Counted from the stretch's first letter, positions 9,921-17,883 are shown. The stretch: DNA of 47,902 bases from Spartobacteria bacterium (GCA_009930415.1 RZYG01000002.1:1-47902); one strand, 5' to 3'. Numbers and translations: made by a program. The notes: generated by a model not told the origin, from the sequence alone.

Positions 9921-11531
9921 ATGGCGCTGGAATTAAGAAGACAACGGGACGGAACGCTGCGTGATTGTTGGTATGGCCGATTCACCGGCGCAGACGGCAA
10001 ACAGAATGTGATCAACCTGAACGTCATGTGGCAGGGCAATCCGCCGGAGTCCGGCAGCATGCGCGACAAGGGGGATGAAAAGTTTGAGCGCAGCCGGGAA
10101 CGCGCGGAACAGGCGCTGGCCGCGCACGTGGATGAAGCACGACACAAAGGCAGGGCAGAGAACCTGACGGAACGTCTGATCGAATCGAAGACCGGGCGCG
10201 CCGTGGAATATGTCCGGATCGAAGACCTGCCGCAGCGCTGGCGCACGCTGGGCCGAGATGCGCCGGTGTCCGAAACGTACCTGCGCGGGTGCGATGCTCA
10301 ATTCCGGCGGTTCGCGGAATTCATGCGGCAGCGGAATCCAAAAGCGGCGCACCTGTACGAAGTCACGCCGGCGGATGCGGCGGCATTCATTCAGGCATGC
10401 CAAGCTACCCTAGCGCCTAGCACGGCAACCGATGCCCGGAAACTGCTTTCAAAGGCATTCGAGAAATTCCTGCCGGTGGGCACGGTCAACCCGTTTTCCA
10501 CGTTCATCCGCAAGCGCAGCAACGGTGACGACGGCGTGGTTCATCGTGCGCCGTTCACGCCGGTGGAACTGGCGCGGCTGCTGGTAGCGGCACAGACTGA
10601 TCCGTTCATGCACCAGCTGATCGTGTGCGCGGCAATGACCGGGATGCGCCGTGGCGACGTGTGCAACCTGCGATGGGAATCCGTGGATATGGCCGGCAAT
10701 ATGATCACGGTGAAGACAAGCAAGACGGGCGGCAAGGCAGAGATTCCCATATTCCCGCCGCTACGCGCCGTGCTGGAAGCGTCCGGTGGCAAGGGCAAGG
10801 GGTTTGTCTGGCCGGAAGCTGCGGCGATGCTGGCGGCGAATCCTGACGGGCTGACGTGGCGGTTCAAGAAGATCGTGGCGGCAGCATTCACGCAAGACGG
10901 GACCCACCTGCTGCCGAGTCTGACGCCGGCGGCAGACGTGGAATCCGAAGGGCTGGCCGCTATCCATGAGAAGGTCCGGCCGGGGGCGCGGCGGGACCGC
11001 ATGGTGGAAGTGCTGACCCGCTACTGCGCCGGCCAGAGTGTCCGGCAGATTGAACGGGAACTGGGCGTGGCGCGCGCGAACGTGTCAACCGATCTGCACC
11101 ATGTAGAGACATGGACCGGCAAGCGGTTTGTGGGCGCTGGGATCAGGTCTGCGGGGATCAAGTCTGCCGTGGCGCGCCTGACCCGGATCGATCGCGCGAA
11201 CGGCCAGCGCGCAGCATCCGTCCGGGACTGGCACGCACTGCGGACAACGTGGGTGACGATGGCGCTGCGGTCCGGCGTGCCGATGGACGTGCTGCGGCGA
11301 GTGACCGGCCATGCCACGGTTGAAGTGGTGCTGAACAACTACGATCAACGGGACCGGGAAGACTTCCGGGCGGTCCTGAACGGCGCGCTGCCGGCGGTCC
11401 TGACGGGTGGTGCTGGCAAGTCCAAGCCGACTGCCGCCGATGAACTGGCCGGACTGATCGGCAAGGTGCAAGCCGGGACCGCGACGGCCGCCGATCGCAA
11501 ACGGCTGCGGCTGCTGGCGGCGAAAGTGTAG
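9921..11531 (+). CDS. int: tyrosine recombinase / integrase
   Basis: 536 aa. Catalytic residues appear in order: R (MTGMRRGD), K (VKTSKTGG), HxxR (WHALRTT), H (TGHATVEV), Y (LNNYDQR). Adjacent to attL. Confidence 0.85.
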   Translation: MALELRRQRDGTLRDCWYGRFTGADGKQNVINLNVMWQGNPPESGSMRDKGDEKFERSRERAEQALAAHVDEARHKGRAENLTERLIESKTGRAVEYVRIEDLPQRWRTLGRDAPVSETYLRGCDAQFRRFAEFMRQRNPKAAHLYEVTPADAAAFIQACQATLAPSTATDARKLLSKAFEKFLPVGTVNPFSTFIRKRSNGDDGVVHRAPFTPVELARLLVAAQTDPFMHQLIVCAAMTGMRRGDVCNLRWESVDMAGNMITVKTSKTGGKAEIPIFPPLRAVLEASGGKGKGFVWPEAAAMLAANPDGLTWRFKKIVAAAFTQDGTHLLPSLTPAADVESEGLAAIHEKVRPGARRDRMVEVLTRYCAGQSVRQIERELGVARANVSTDLHHVETWTGKRFVGAGIRSAGIKSAVARLTRIDRANGQRAASVRDWHALRTTWVTMALRSGVPMDVLRRVTGHATVEVVLNNYDQRDREDFRAVLNGALPAVLTGGAGKSKPTAADELAGLIGKVQAGTATAADRKRLRLLAAKV

Positions 11532-11535
11532 AGCA

Positions 11536-12090
11536 ATGAAACCGATGCTGGCGAAAATGTACGATGGCCGCGATCCTGCCGGGTGGTGGATCAGTGAAAA
11601 GCTGGACGGCGTGCGCGCTATTTGGACCGGCGCGGAATTGCGCGGCAGATCGGGTCTGCGGTTCAACCCGCCGCAGTGGTTCGCGGCGCAGTTGCCGGCC
11701 GGGGTGGCGCTGGACGGCGAACTGTGGGCCGGACGGAATGCCCTTGGGAAAACCGTTGGTGCCGTGGTGTCGAAACATGGCGCAGACGAAAAGTGGCGCA
11801 GCGTGCGGTTCATGGTCTATGACGCGCCACTGGCAACCGGCGGATTTGAAGACCGGCTGGCCGTCGCCGCAACCGTCGTTGCCGGGTCAACCATTGCCAA
11901 GGTGCTAGAACAGCGCCGCTGTGCTGGCCGTGTCGACTGCGCCGAATTCTTGAACGAGGTGCTGGTGCAGGGTGGTGAAGGCGTGGTGCTGCGCGCGGCT
12001 GGATCGGCCTATGAAGGCAAGCGGTCTGCGGCAATGCTGAAGTTGAAACCGGGCGAAGGCGCAGAGGCACTGCGGAACCGTGCGGAATGA
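11536..12090 (+). CDS. ATP-dependent DNA ligase, nucleotidyltransferase domain only (OB-fold missing; possibly a truncated remnant)
   Basis: 184 aa. Motifs I SEKLDGVRA, III LDGELW, IIIa FMVYDA, IV EGVVLR, V MLKLKP. The stop comes 12 codons after motif V. The gene begins 4 nt after the int stop. Confidence 0.7.
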   Translation: MKPMLAKMYDGRDPAGWWISEKLDGVRAIWTGAELRGRSGLRFNPPQWFAAQLPAGVALDGELWAGRNALGKTVGAVVSKHGADEKWRSVRFMVYDAPLATGGFEDRLAVAATVVAGSTIAKVLEQRRCAGRVDCAEFLNEVLVQGGEGVVLRAAGSAYEGKRSAAMLKLKPGEGAEALRNRAE

Positions 12091-12197
12091 ACAGTGTGTG
12101 GTATATTAAAACAACGCTGCCGGGTAGCTACCGGCGGAAGTCCTGGCGCGTGTCCGCTTACACGGCGCGCGCTGGGCATTCTGTAAGGAATGACGAA

Positions 12198-12989
12198 ATG
12201 AAAAAGACGAAGACAACGAAGCGCACCGAACCGGCCGCAGTCAATCAATCAGCGTGGCCGGAAATATCCAAAGAGCGGGACCGGGAACTGCGGCGGATTG
12301 CGGAACTGAAGGTTCGCGCGACGGATGAAGACTTTGACCCGGTGCTGCATGAACTGGGGCAAGCAATCACAGCAGGCACAGCTACGGCAAAAGATCGGGA
12401 CAAATTCACCCGGCTGCTGAATGCGCGATGGAAAAAACCCACAACCACCTATGTTGCCGAGTTGAATTCCGAGTTTGAAGCGGAACGGGTGCAACGCCAT
12501 GTTGCCGTTATTATTGGCAACCGCAACGCTGAAGCGGCAAGGAAAATTGCAGCCGAACGGGACCGCATGGCCGCAGTGAACATGGATAGCGTGCTATCTG
12601 CGATTAGCGGCAAAAATGTGCCGGTGTATCAGGCAACGCCAAAGCGCAAGACGCCGTGGACCGTCGAAGAAATTGACCGGCTATCAAAAGACCGGCGGCA
12701 ACCGTGGATGAACGTGCTGCTGGCATTCAGCCGGGCAAGCGGAAACGAGGGTGAACGATGGTTGGCGGTTGCCTATCGAATACAGACCTGCCTGATGGAA
12801 ATACCAAAGCAGCGCCAATTAAATCCGCGCGCGCAGCCGGTCTGTGAATATCTGACACGGGCGCAGGTGGACGAATGGTTGGAGAAGATGCGCAGCACTT
12901 CCAGCATTCAATTCACCAGACAGCTTGCCAGCGCACTGCGCCGAAATTTGCAGCGCAAGCCTGCAATTATACCAAAGGCCAGCAGATAA
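12198..12989 (+). CDS. hypothetical protein (263 aa)
   Basis: ATG 12198 preceded by AAGGA. Charged helical sequence with no family recognised. Followed by an intrinsic terminator. Confidence 0.6.
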   Translation: MKKTKTTKRTEPAAVNQSAWPEISKERDRELRRIAELKVRATDEDFDPVLHELGQAITAGTATAKDRDKFTRLLNARWKKPTTTYVAELNSEFEAERVQRHVAVIIGNRNAEAARKIAAERDRMAAVNMDSVLSAISGKNVPVYQATPKRKTPWTVEEIDRLSKDRRQPWMNVLLAFSRASGNEGERWLAVAYRIQTCLMEIPKQRQLNPRAQPVCEYLTRAQVDEWLEKMRSTSSIQFTRQLASALRRNLQRKPAIIPKASR

Positions 12990-12992
12990 TAC

Positions 12993-13152
12993 TGGACCAC
13001 AAGTGGACCAACGGCCGGGTATTTTGCCCGGCCTTTTTCTTTTGCCGGGTGCTGCGATTGTGCCCGTATTTATTGGGCGGAATCAATCCGCTGCCGGTAT
13101 CTGCGCGCGCTGGACAACTTCAATGTCCACAACCCGCCCCGCTTTGTGGACA
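12993..13152 (+). promoter_or_regulatory. array of TGGAC(C)A half-sites around the terminator and upstream of the xis-rep gene block (candidate operator region)
   Basis: TGGACCA at 12993 and 13004. TGGACA at 13111 and 13147, and TGTCCA at 13124. Inverted repeat GTCCACAA-N11-TTGTGGAC (13125-13151). AT-rich TTAATGC x2 at 13158-13173. Confidence 0.35.
13013..13043 (+). terminator. intrinsic terminator
   Basis: GGCCGGG-TATTTTG-CCCGGCC followed by TTTTTCTTTT, 24 nt after the stop at 12989. Confidence 0.75.
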
Positions 13153-13217
13153 TAAATTAATGCGGTTTAATGCCCACATGAAAAACGAGGAACAACTCAC
13201 GAACGCGAGGGCACGCA

Positions 13218-13520
13218 ATGAACGCAAAAACATTTAACACCATGAGCAAGTCAGACCTGCTGGTTCACATTGCCGGACTGCCTGACAGTGACGCGCGCAT
13301 TCCGGCGCTGGCCGCAACCCTGCTGGGCGGTCCGCAGCAATCCGGGCCGGCACCGCTGCGCCTGTTTCCGATGGGCAAGGCAGCCGAGGCGATGGGATGC
13401 AGCCGGCCTACTCTCTGGCGGATGATTCGTGACGGGCAGGTGCGGACGGTTGAATTGAAACCCGGCATGCGGCGGGTGCCCGAATCCGAACTGCGCAGAA
13501 TCGCGGCGGGTGACAAGTGA
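13218..13520 (+). CDS. AlpA/excisionase-type HTH DNA-binding protein
   Basis: 100 aa. C-terminal segment MGKAAEAMGCSRPTLWRMIRDGQVRTVELKPGMRRVPESEL resembles the HTH_17/AlpA-Xis family. Alternative start at ATG 13242. Confidence 0.65.
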   Translation: MNAKTFNTMSKSDLLVHIAGLPDSDARIPALAATLLGGPQQSGPAPLRLFPMGKAAEAMGCSRPTLWRMIRDGQVRTVELKPGMRRVPESELRRIAAGDK

Positions 13521-13605
13521 AGGCGGCGCGCGTGGATTCACTCACCGTTGTGCTGGTGGTCTGCTTCGCGCTGCTGCTGGCTGTTTTGATCGGAAGGGCA
13601 CTGGC

Positions 13606-14622
13606 ATGAACATTCAGAAAATCAACCTGGACCTGCTAACGGACAAAGACGGCAGCGGCAAGTGGGCGCAATTCAATGAAACCGGAGTGCGAGAATGCTG
13701 TGGACCGCTTACAATTTGCGATTATGCCGACGAGATGACCGAAGGCAGTGCCTTCCCGCCGGTGGTGTTGTTCTACGATGGGCAGCGGTACTGGATCGCA
13801 GACGGATTTCACCGGATCGCTGCGGCCGAACAGTGCGGATTCAAAGAGATTGAAGCGGACGTGCGTGAGGGCACCCGGCTGGATGCGGTCTGGTTTGCGC
13901 TAGGCGCGAACCGGCAGCATGGCAGGCGGATGACCCATGATGATCGGATTGCGGCCGTCAAGCGGGGCGTGATCGAATTCCAAGTGCGCAGCAATCGAGA
14001 GATTGCGCGGCAGATCGGCTGCGATGACAAGACCGTGGCGGCAGTCCGGGCCAGTCTGGAATCAACTGCGGAAATTCCGCAGTTGGACAGGACCGTGGGC
14101 GCGGACGGCAAGGCGCGGCCGGCGAAGCGGGAATCCAAGGCACAGACCGTCGAACCGTCGGCGGCCATAGTCACCAGCAAATCGTTCGCGGAATCGTACC
14201 GTGCCGACAATGCCGCTGCCGACGATGAACCCGCTGCGGCCGATCTGGTGTCATTCCTTCCGGCTAACGGTCAGGTGGCAAGTGCGTTTGTGGAAGCAAG
14301 CGCAAGCCCGGACGGGAACACGCACTGGTTTCTGCTTCAGGAGGATTCCCGCAATCCGGGTTTCTTCTTTGCCGTCCATGTCGATTTCGGCGAGGACGAT
14401 ACAGACGGCCGCATTGACTTCAATATGCGCGCATTCCGGGCCGATGCCTTTGCCGACGATCGCCTGTCGCCGATAGCGCGCTGGGCCGCCGGCATTCCGG
14501 GCGTGAAATTGTCGTGGGATGCCACTGACGAATCGCCTGATTGGTTGTGGGCTGGATTCATTGAACCTTTCCTGCCGGACCGGATGGCGCACGTGAAGCG
14601 CACGAAGACAACCGAGGCGTGA
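13606..14622 (+). CDS. ParB/sulfiredoxin-domain protein with HTH and acidic C-terminal domain
   Basis: Starts MNIQKINLD. ParB N-domain core PPVVLFYDGQRYWIADGFHRIAAA, then HTH SNREIARQIGCDDKTVAAVR. The C-terminal half is of unknown family. Confidence 0.7.
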   Translation: MNIQKINLDLLTDKDGSGKWAQFNETGVRECCGPLTICDYADEMTEGSAFPPVVLFYDGQRYWIADGFHRIAAAEQCGFKEIEADVREGTRLDAVWFALGANRQHGRRMTHDDRIAAVKRGVIEFQVRSNREIARQIGCDDKTVAAVRASLESTAEIPQLDRTVGADGKARPAKRESKAQTVEPSAAIVTSKSFAESYRADNAAADDEPAAADLVSFLPANGQVASAFVEASASPDGNTHWFLLQEDSRNPGFFFAVHVDFGEDDTDGRIDFNMRAFRADAFADDRLSPIARWAAGIPGVKLSWDATDESPDWLWAGFIEPFLPDRMAHVKRTKTTEA

Positions 14623-14629
14623 TCCTGCC

Positions 14630-14797
14630 ATGAAGAAAAAGCGCAGCACGTTCATCGATCCAAACGACCGCAGCATTCCGCTGGGCAAGCGCAAGGTGGC
14701 GCTGGTCAAGTTTCTGATGCGCAAGGGGCATTCATTAGACGAGGCAAAGCTGATTTGCAGTCGAAAATTCTACCACGAAGAACGGAGCGCATGGTGA
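14630..14797 (+). CDS. small basic hypothetical protein (55 aa)
   Basis: Not in the supplied ORF track (short). Sequence: MKKKRSTFIDPNDRSIPLGKRKVALVKFLMRKGHSLDEAKLICSRKFYHEERSAW. Starts 7 nt after the parB-like stop; its TGA overlaps the primase ATG (ATGGTGA). Confidence 0.45.
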   Translation: MKKKRSTFIDPNDRSIPLGKRKVALVKFLMRKGHSLDEAKLICSRKFYHEERSAW

Positions 14798-17520
14798 CTG
14801 CCGCAACACTCAAACCTGATGCCGGGATGATCGATCAATTCCTGCGCACGATCGTGCAGCCGGGGAACACGTTTGAAATCCGCGCGCTGCGGGTTCGGCA
14901 GCGGTATGGGAAACCGGCTACCCAAAGCGGGTACTTCACCACCGACAGCATTGATGCCGCCGTGAAATGCATCTACGCACTGGACAGTAGTAGCAGTCCC
15001 GGCGGGATTTATATGACGATCAATCCGCCAGTTGAAGCGGTAGGGGCGCGGAGGCTGGGCCGGATGGACCGGGCAGACACCGGCGAGACAACGAACGACC
15101 ACGAGGTTTTCCGGCGCACTACCCTGCTGATCGATGGCGATCCTGTCCGGCCAGCCGGTATCAGTGCAACCGAAGACGAACACGCTGCCGCACTGGGCCG
15201 GGTTCAGCAAATTAATGCCGACCTATCCGCTGCCGGATGGCCTGATCCGGCGGTGGTGGATTCTGGAAACGGTGGGCAACTCTGGTATCGGATCGACCTG
15301 CCTGCGGATGATGGCGGTCTGGTGCAGCGGTGTCTGGCGGCGCTGGGCGCGCGCTACGATGACGCACAGGTTCACGTCGATCAAACGGTGTTCAACCCTG
15401 CCCGGATCGGCCGCATTCCCGGCACCGTCAACCGCAAGGGCGACAACGTGCCGGACCGTCCGCACCGGCTGGCGCGGCTGCTGTCCATGCCGGAAAAGTT
15501 TGAACCGGTGCCGACTGATCTGCTGGAAGAACTGGCCTGTGCCTGTGCCGGGGATGCCGCTGCGTCTGCAAAACCGAAGAAGACACCGGCGCAACCTGCC
15601 GCGAATTCCGCCAAGTCCGCGCGCGTGAATCTGTTTGGATGGACCCGCGAGCGATTCGACAGCCTGATCATGGATCACCTGCTGGACTACGATCCGGGCG
15701 AACCGAAAGACTATCGGGGCGGGGTTCGGGTCAAGCTGAAGACCTGCCCGTTCGATCCAGCGCACGTCGATTCTGCCGCTGTGTTTTTCAGCGATGACCG
15801 GGGCGCTGCGTTCAAATGTCTGCACAACGGGTGCAAGGACAATAAATGGCGCGATATGCTGGAACAGATAGGGGTGGATGCGGAACCGCAATTTTCGTCA
15901 AAAAACTACTACGGGAACGCACAGGCATTTGTCGGGGAAACCTATCCCGCCGGCCTGATTCATCATGATGCCGGGTTCAGGCACCACGTCGGGACCCACT
16001 ACGCAATGACCGACGAAGCGGCTGCGCGCGCTGCATTGTGGCGATGGCTGGCCGGCCAGAAAATCCAGTTGCAGACGGGCGGAACGGCATCATTCCGACC
16101 GAACAGTAGCACGGTGTCAAACACGCTTGACGCACTGAAGGCGGTTGCCAACGTGCCCACAGAATTGCGGCCGCCGTGCTGGTTGCCGGGGCACGCCGGA
16201 CCCTGCGCTGCGGACCTGCTGGCATTCCGCAATGGGTTGATGCACCTGCCCACCGGAGAGCAGCACGCGCACACACCTGGACTGTTCAACACCTTTGTGC
16301 TGCCGTTCGATTATGACCCGGCAGCGCGCGCGCCGCACTGGGCTGCATTCCTTCAGACGCTGTGGCCGGATGACCCGGAATCCATTTTCACGCTGAAGCT
16401 GATGTTCGGCTATCTGCTGGGCGGCGGGACCTACCTGCAAAAAATCTTCCTGTTGGTTGGTCCGAAGCGGTCAGGCAAGGGCACGATTGCGCGCGTTCTG
16501 GGCGAACTGCTGGGAGAGGATGCCGTGTGCGGTCCGACGCTGGCGGGGCTGGCCGGTCCGTTTGGGTTGCAGACGCTGCTGGACAAGCGGCTGGCAACGA
16601 TCAGTGATGCGCGCCTGTCTTCACGGGCGGATCAGGCGCAGATTGCCGAACGGCTGCTGACAATTTCCGGTGAAGACGTGGTTAGCGTGCCGCGAAAATA
16701 TGAGCGCGACTGGTGCGGGAGACTGCCGACACGGTTTCTGATCCTCACCAACGAACTGCCGAGGCTGGCCGATTCATCCGGCGCACTGGCGTCCCGGTTC
16801 ATCGTGCTGGCCATGCACCGTTCTTTTTTCGGCCGGGAGGATCACGGGCTGGCAGACCGATTGAAGGCCGAACTGCCGGGAGTTGCGAACTGGGCGGTCG
16901 AGGGCTGGCGAGAACTTCAGCGTCTGGGCCGGATCGAGTTGCCAGCATCCGCGCGGGAGTCAATGGAGGAACTCTACGATCTGGGATCACCGGTGGCGGC
17001 ATTCGTTCGCGACCGCTGCACCGTAGGGTCAGGCCAAAGCGCCGAACGCCGTGCCATGTATGCTGAATGGTGTTCATGGTGCTATGACGAAGGGCGGCAG
17101 CATCCCGGCACTGCCGAATCGTTCGGGCGGGACCTGCGCGCCGTTGTTCCAAGTCTGCGAACGAGCCAACACCGCACACCCACCGGCGACCGGGTGCGCT
17201 GCTATGAAGGGATTGCGCTGGGCGTTGACTGGCACAGGCTGGAACAGGATGGCACAGGCGCTGGCACAGGCGCAGCGGTTTCGGAACCTGTTGCAATTCA
17301 GGGGGATATTGCGCTGGCACAGGCTGGCACAGGTGATTTCCATACTCTTTGCAAAAACAGCGACAAGGGAGAGAGAGAGGAAAGAGAGAGAGAAGGAAAA
17401 AGCTGGGGAAACAATAGAGATTTGCCTGTGCCACCCTGTGCCACCTGTGCCGCTGACGGCATGGAAGACGGTGACGCGCTGGACCTGCTGGACACCGTGG
17501 AACGGGGTGCAACGCTGTGA
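14791..17520 (+). CDS. bifunctional primase-polymerase (AEP-like) / D5-P4-type SF3 helicase
   Basis: 909 aa from ATG 14791. AEP-like motifs LLIDGD, SGNGGQLWYR and RIPGTVNRK. Zinc motif CPFDPAHV...CLHNGC. Walker A LVGPKRSGKGT and Walker B-like RFLILTNE. Confidence 0.8.
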   Translation: MVTAATLKPDAGMIDQFLRTIVQPGNTFEIRALRVRQRYGKPATQSGYFTTDSIDAAVKCIYALDSSSSPGGIYMTINPPVEAVGARRLGRMDRADTGETTNDHEVFRRTTLLIDGDPVRPAGISATEDEHAAALGRVQQINADLSAAGWPDPAVVDSGNGGQLWYRIDLPADDGGLVQRCLAALGARYDDAQVHVDQTVFNPARIGRIPGTVNRKGDNVPDRPHRLARLLSMPEKFEPVPTDLLEELACACAGDAAASAKPKKTPAQPAANSAKSARVNLFGWTRERFDSLIMDHLLDYDPGEPKDYRGGVRVKLKTCPFDPAHVDSAAVFFSDDRGAAFKCLHNGCKDNKWRDMLEQIGVDAEPQFSSKNYYGNAQAFVGETYPAGLIHHDAGFRHHVGTHYAMTDEAAARAALWRWLAGQKIQLQTGGTASFRPNSSTVSNTLDALKAVANVPTELRPPCWLPGHAGPCAADLLAFRNGLMHLPTGEQHAHTPGLFNTFVLPFDYDPAARAPHWAAFLQTLWPDDPESIFTLKLMFGYLLGGGTYLQKIFLLVGPKRSGKGTIARVLGELLGEDAVCGPTLAGLAGPFGLQTLLDKRLATISDARLSSRADQAQIAERLLTISGEDVVSVPRKYERDWCGRLPTRFLILTNELPRLADSSGALASRFIVLAMHRSFFGREDHGLADRLKAELPGVANWAVEGWRELQRLGRIELPASARESMEELYDLGSPVAAFVRDRCTVGSGQSAERRAMYAEWCSWCYDEGRQHPGTAESFGRDLRAVVPSLRTSQHRTPTGDRVRCYEGIALGVDWHRLEQDGTGAGTGAAVSEPVAIQGDIALAQAGTGDFHTLCKNSDKGEREEREREGKSWGNNRDLPVPPCATCAADGMEDGDALDLLDTVERGATL
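17229..17452 (+). promoter_or_regulatory. iteron-type candidate origin of replication inside the 3' end of the primase-helicase gene
   Basis: Six direct (C/A)TGG(C/A)ACAGG repeats at 17229, 17239, 17249, 17261, 17314 and 17324. A 38-nt polypurine tract at 17365-17402. Three inverted CCTGTGCC repeats at 17425, 17435 and 17444. Confidence 0.5.
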
Positions 17521-17774
17521 ACACTTCGCCCGCCCAAACCCTGCGCGCGCACGGCGTGGAACTCTACGTTGCGCCGTCTGGCCGGCTACGCTACCGGGCA
17601 CCGGCAGGCGCACTGACTTCAACGCTGCGGGACCTTGTGCTGGAAGTGGCGCTGCAATTCGAGGAACGGGCCGCGATCAGGGAATTCGATGGCGGCATGG
17701 ACCGGGCGACGGCCGAACGTCTGGCCGCTGCCGATCTGCTGGGCGTGCAGGATGAACAAGGGGCGAAAACATGA
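17517..17774 (+). CDS. small protein with TubC_N-like docking motif
   Basis: 85 aa; GTG start overlaps the primase stop (GTGA). LRAHGVELYVAPSGRLRYRAPAGALTSTLRDLV resembles the TubC_N motif. An ERAAIREFDGGMDRATAERLA segment follows. Confidence 0.5.
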   Translation: MNTSPAQTLRAHGVELYVAPSGRLRYRAPAGALTSTLRDLVLEVALQFEERAAIREFDGGMDRATAERLAAADLLGVQDEQGAKT

Positions 17775-17883
17775 GCGCAACCCGTTGCAGTGCAGTTGGA
17801 TACCCTCCCCCGGTAGGTTCTCGGCCGGGGGGCGGCGCGCGGTACCTCCCTCCCCGTAATGCTTGCAGTAGAGTGACTTACGC

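Noticed and set aside
12087-12197. Possibility that the missing ligase OB domain continues in another frame (frameshifted pseudogene)
   Set aside because: The 110 nt before the next start translate in all frames to sequence with no OB-fold or motif VI character, and the following ORF is unrelated. The domain appears deleted, not frameshifted.
17365-17402. GA-rich polypurine tract as a microsatellite or CRISPR-like repeat
   Set aside because: It lies in frame within the primase-helicase gene and has no repeat-spacer organisation. It is interpreted as part of the candidate origin (see findings).
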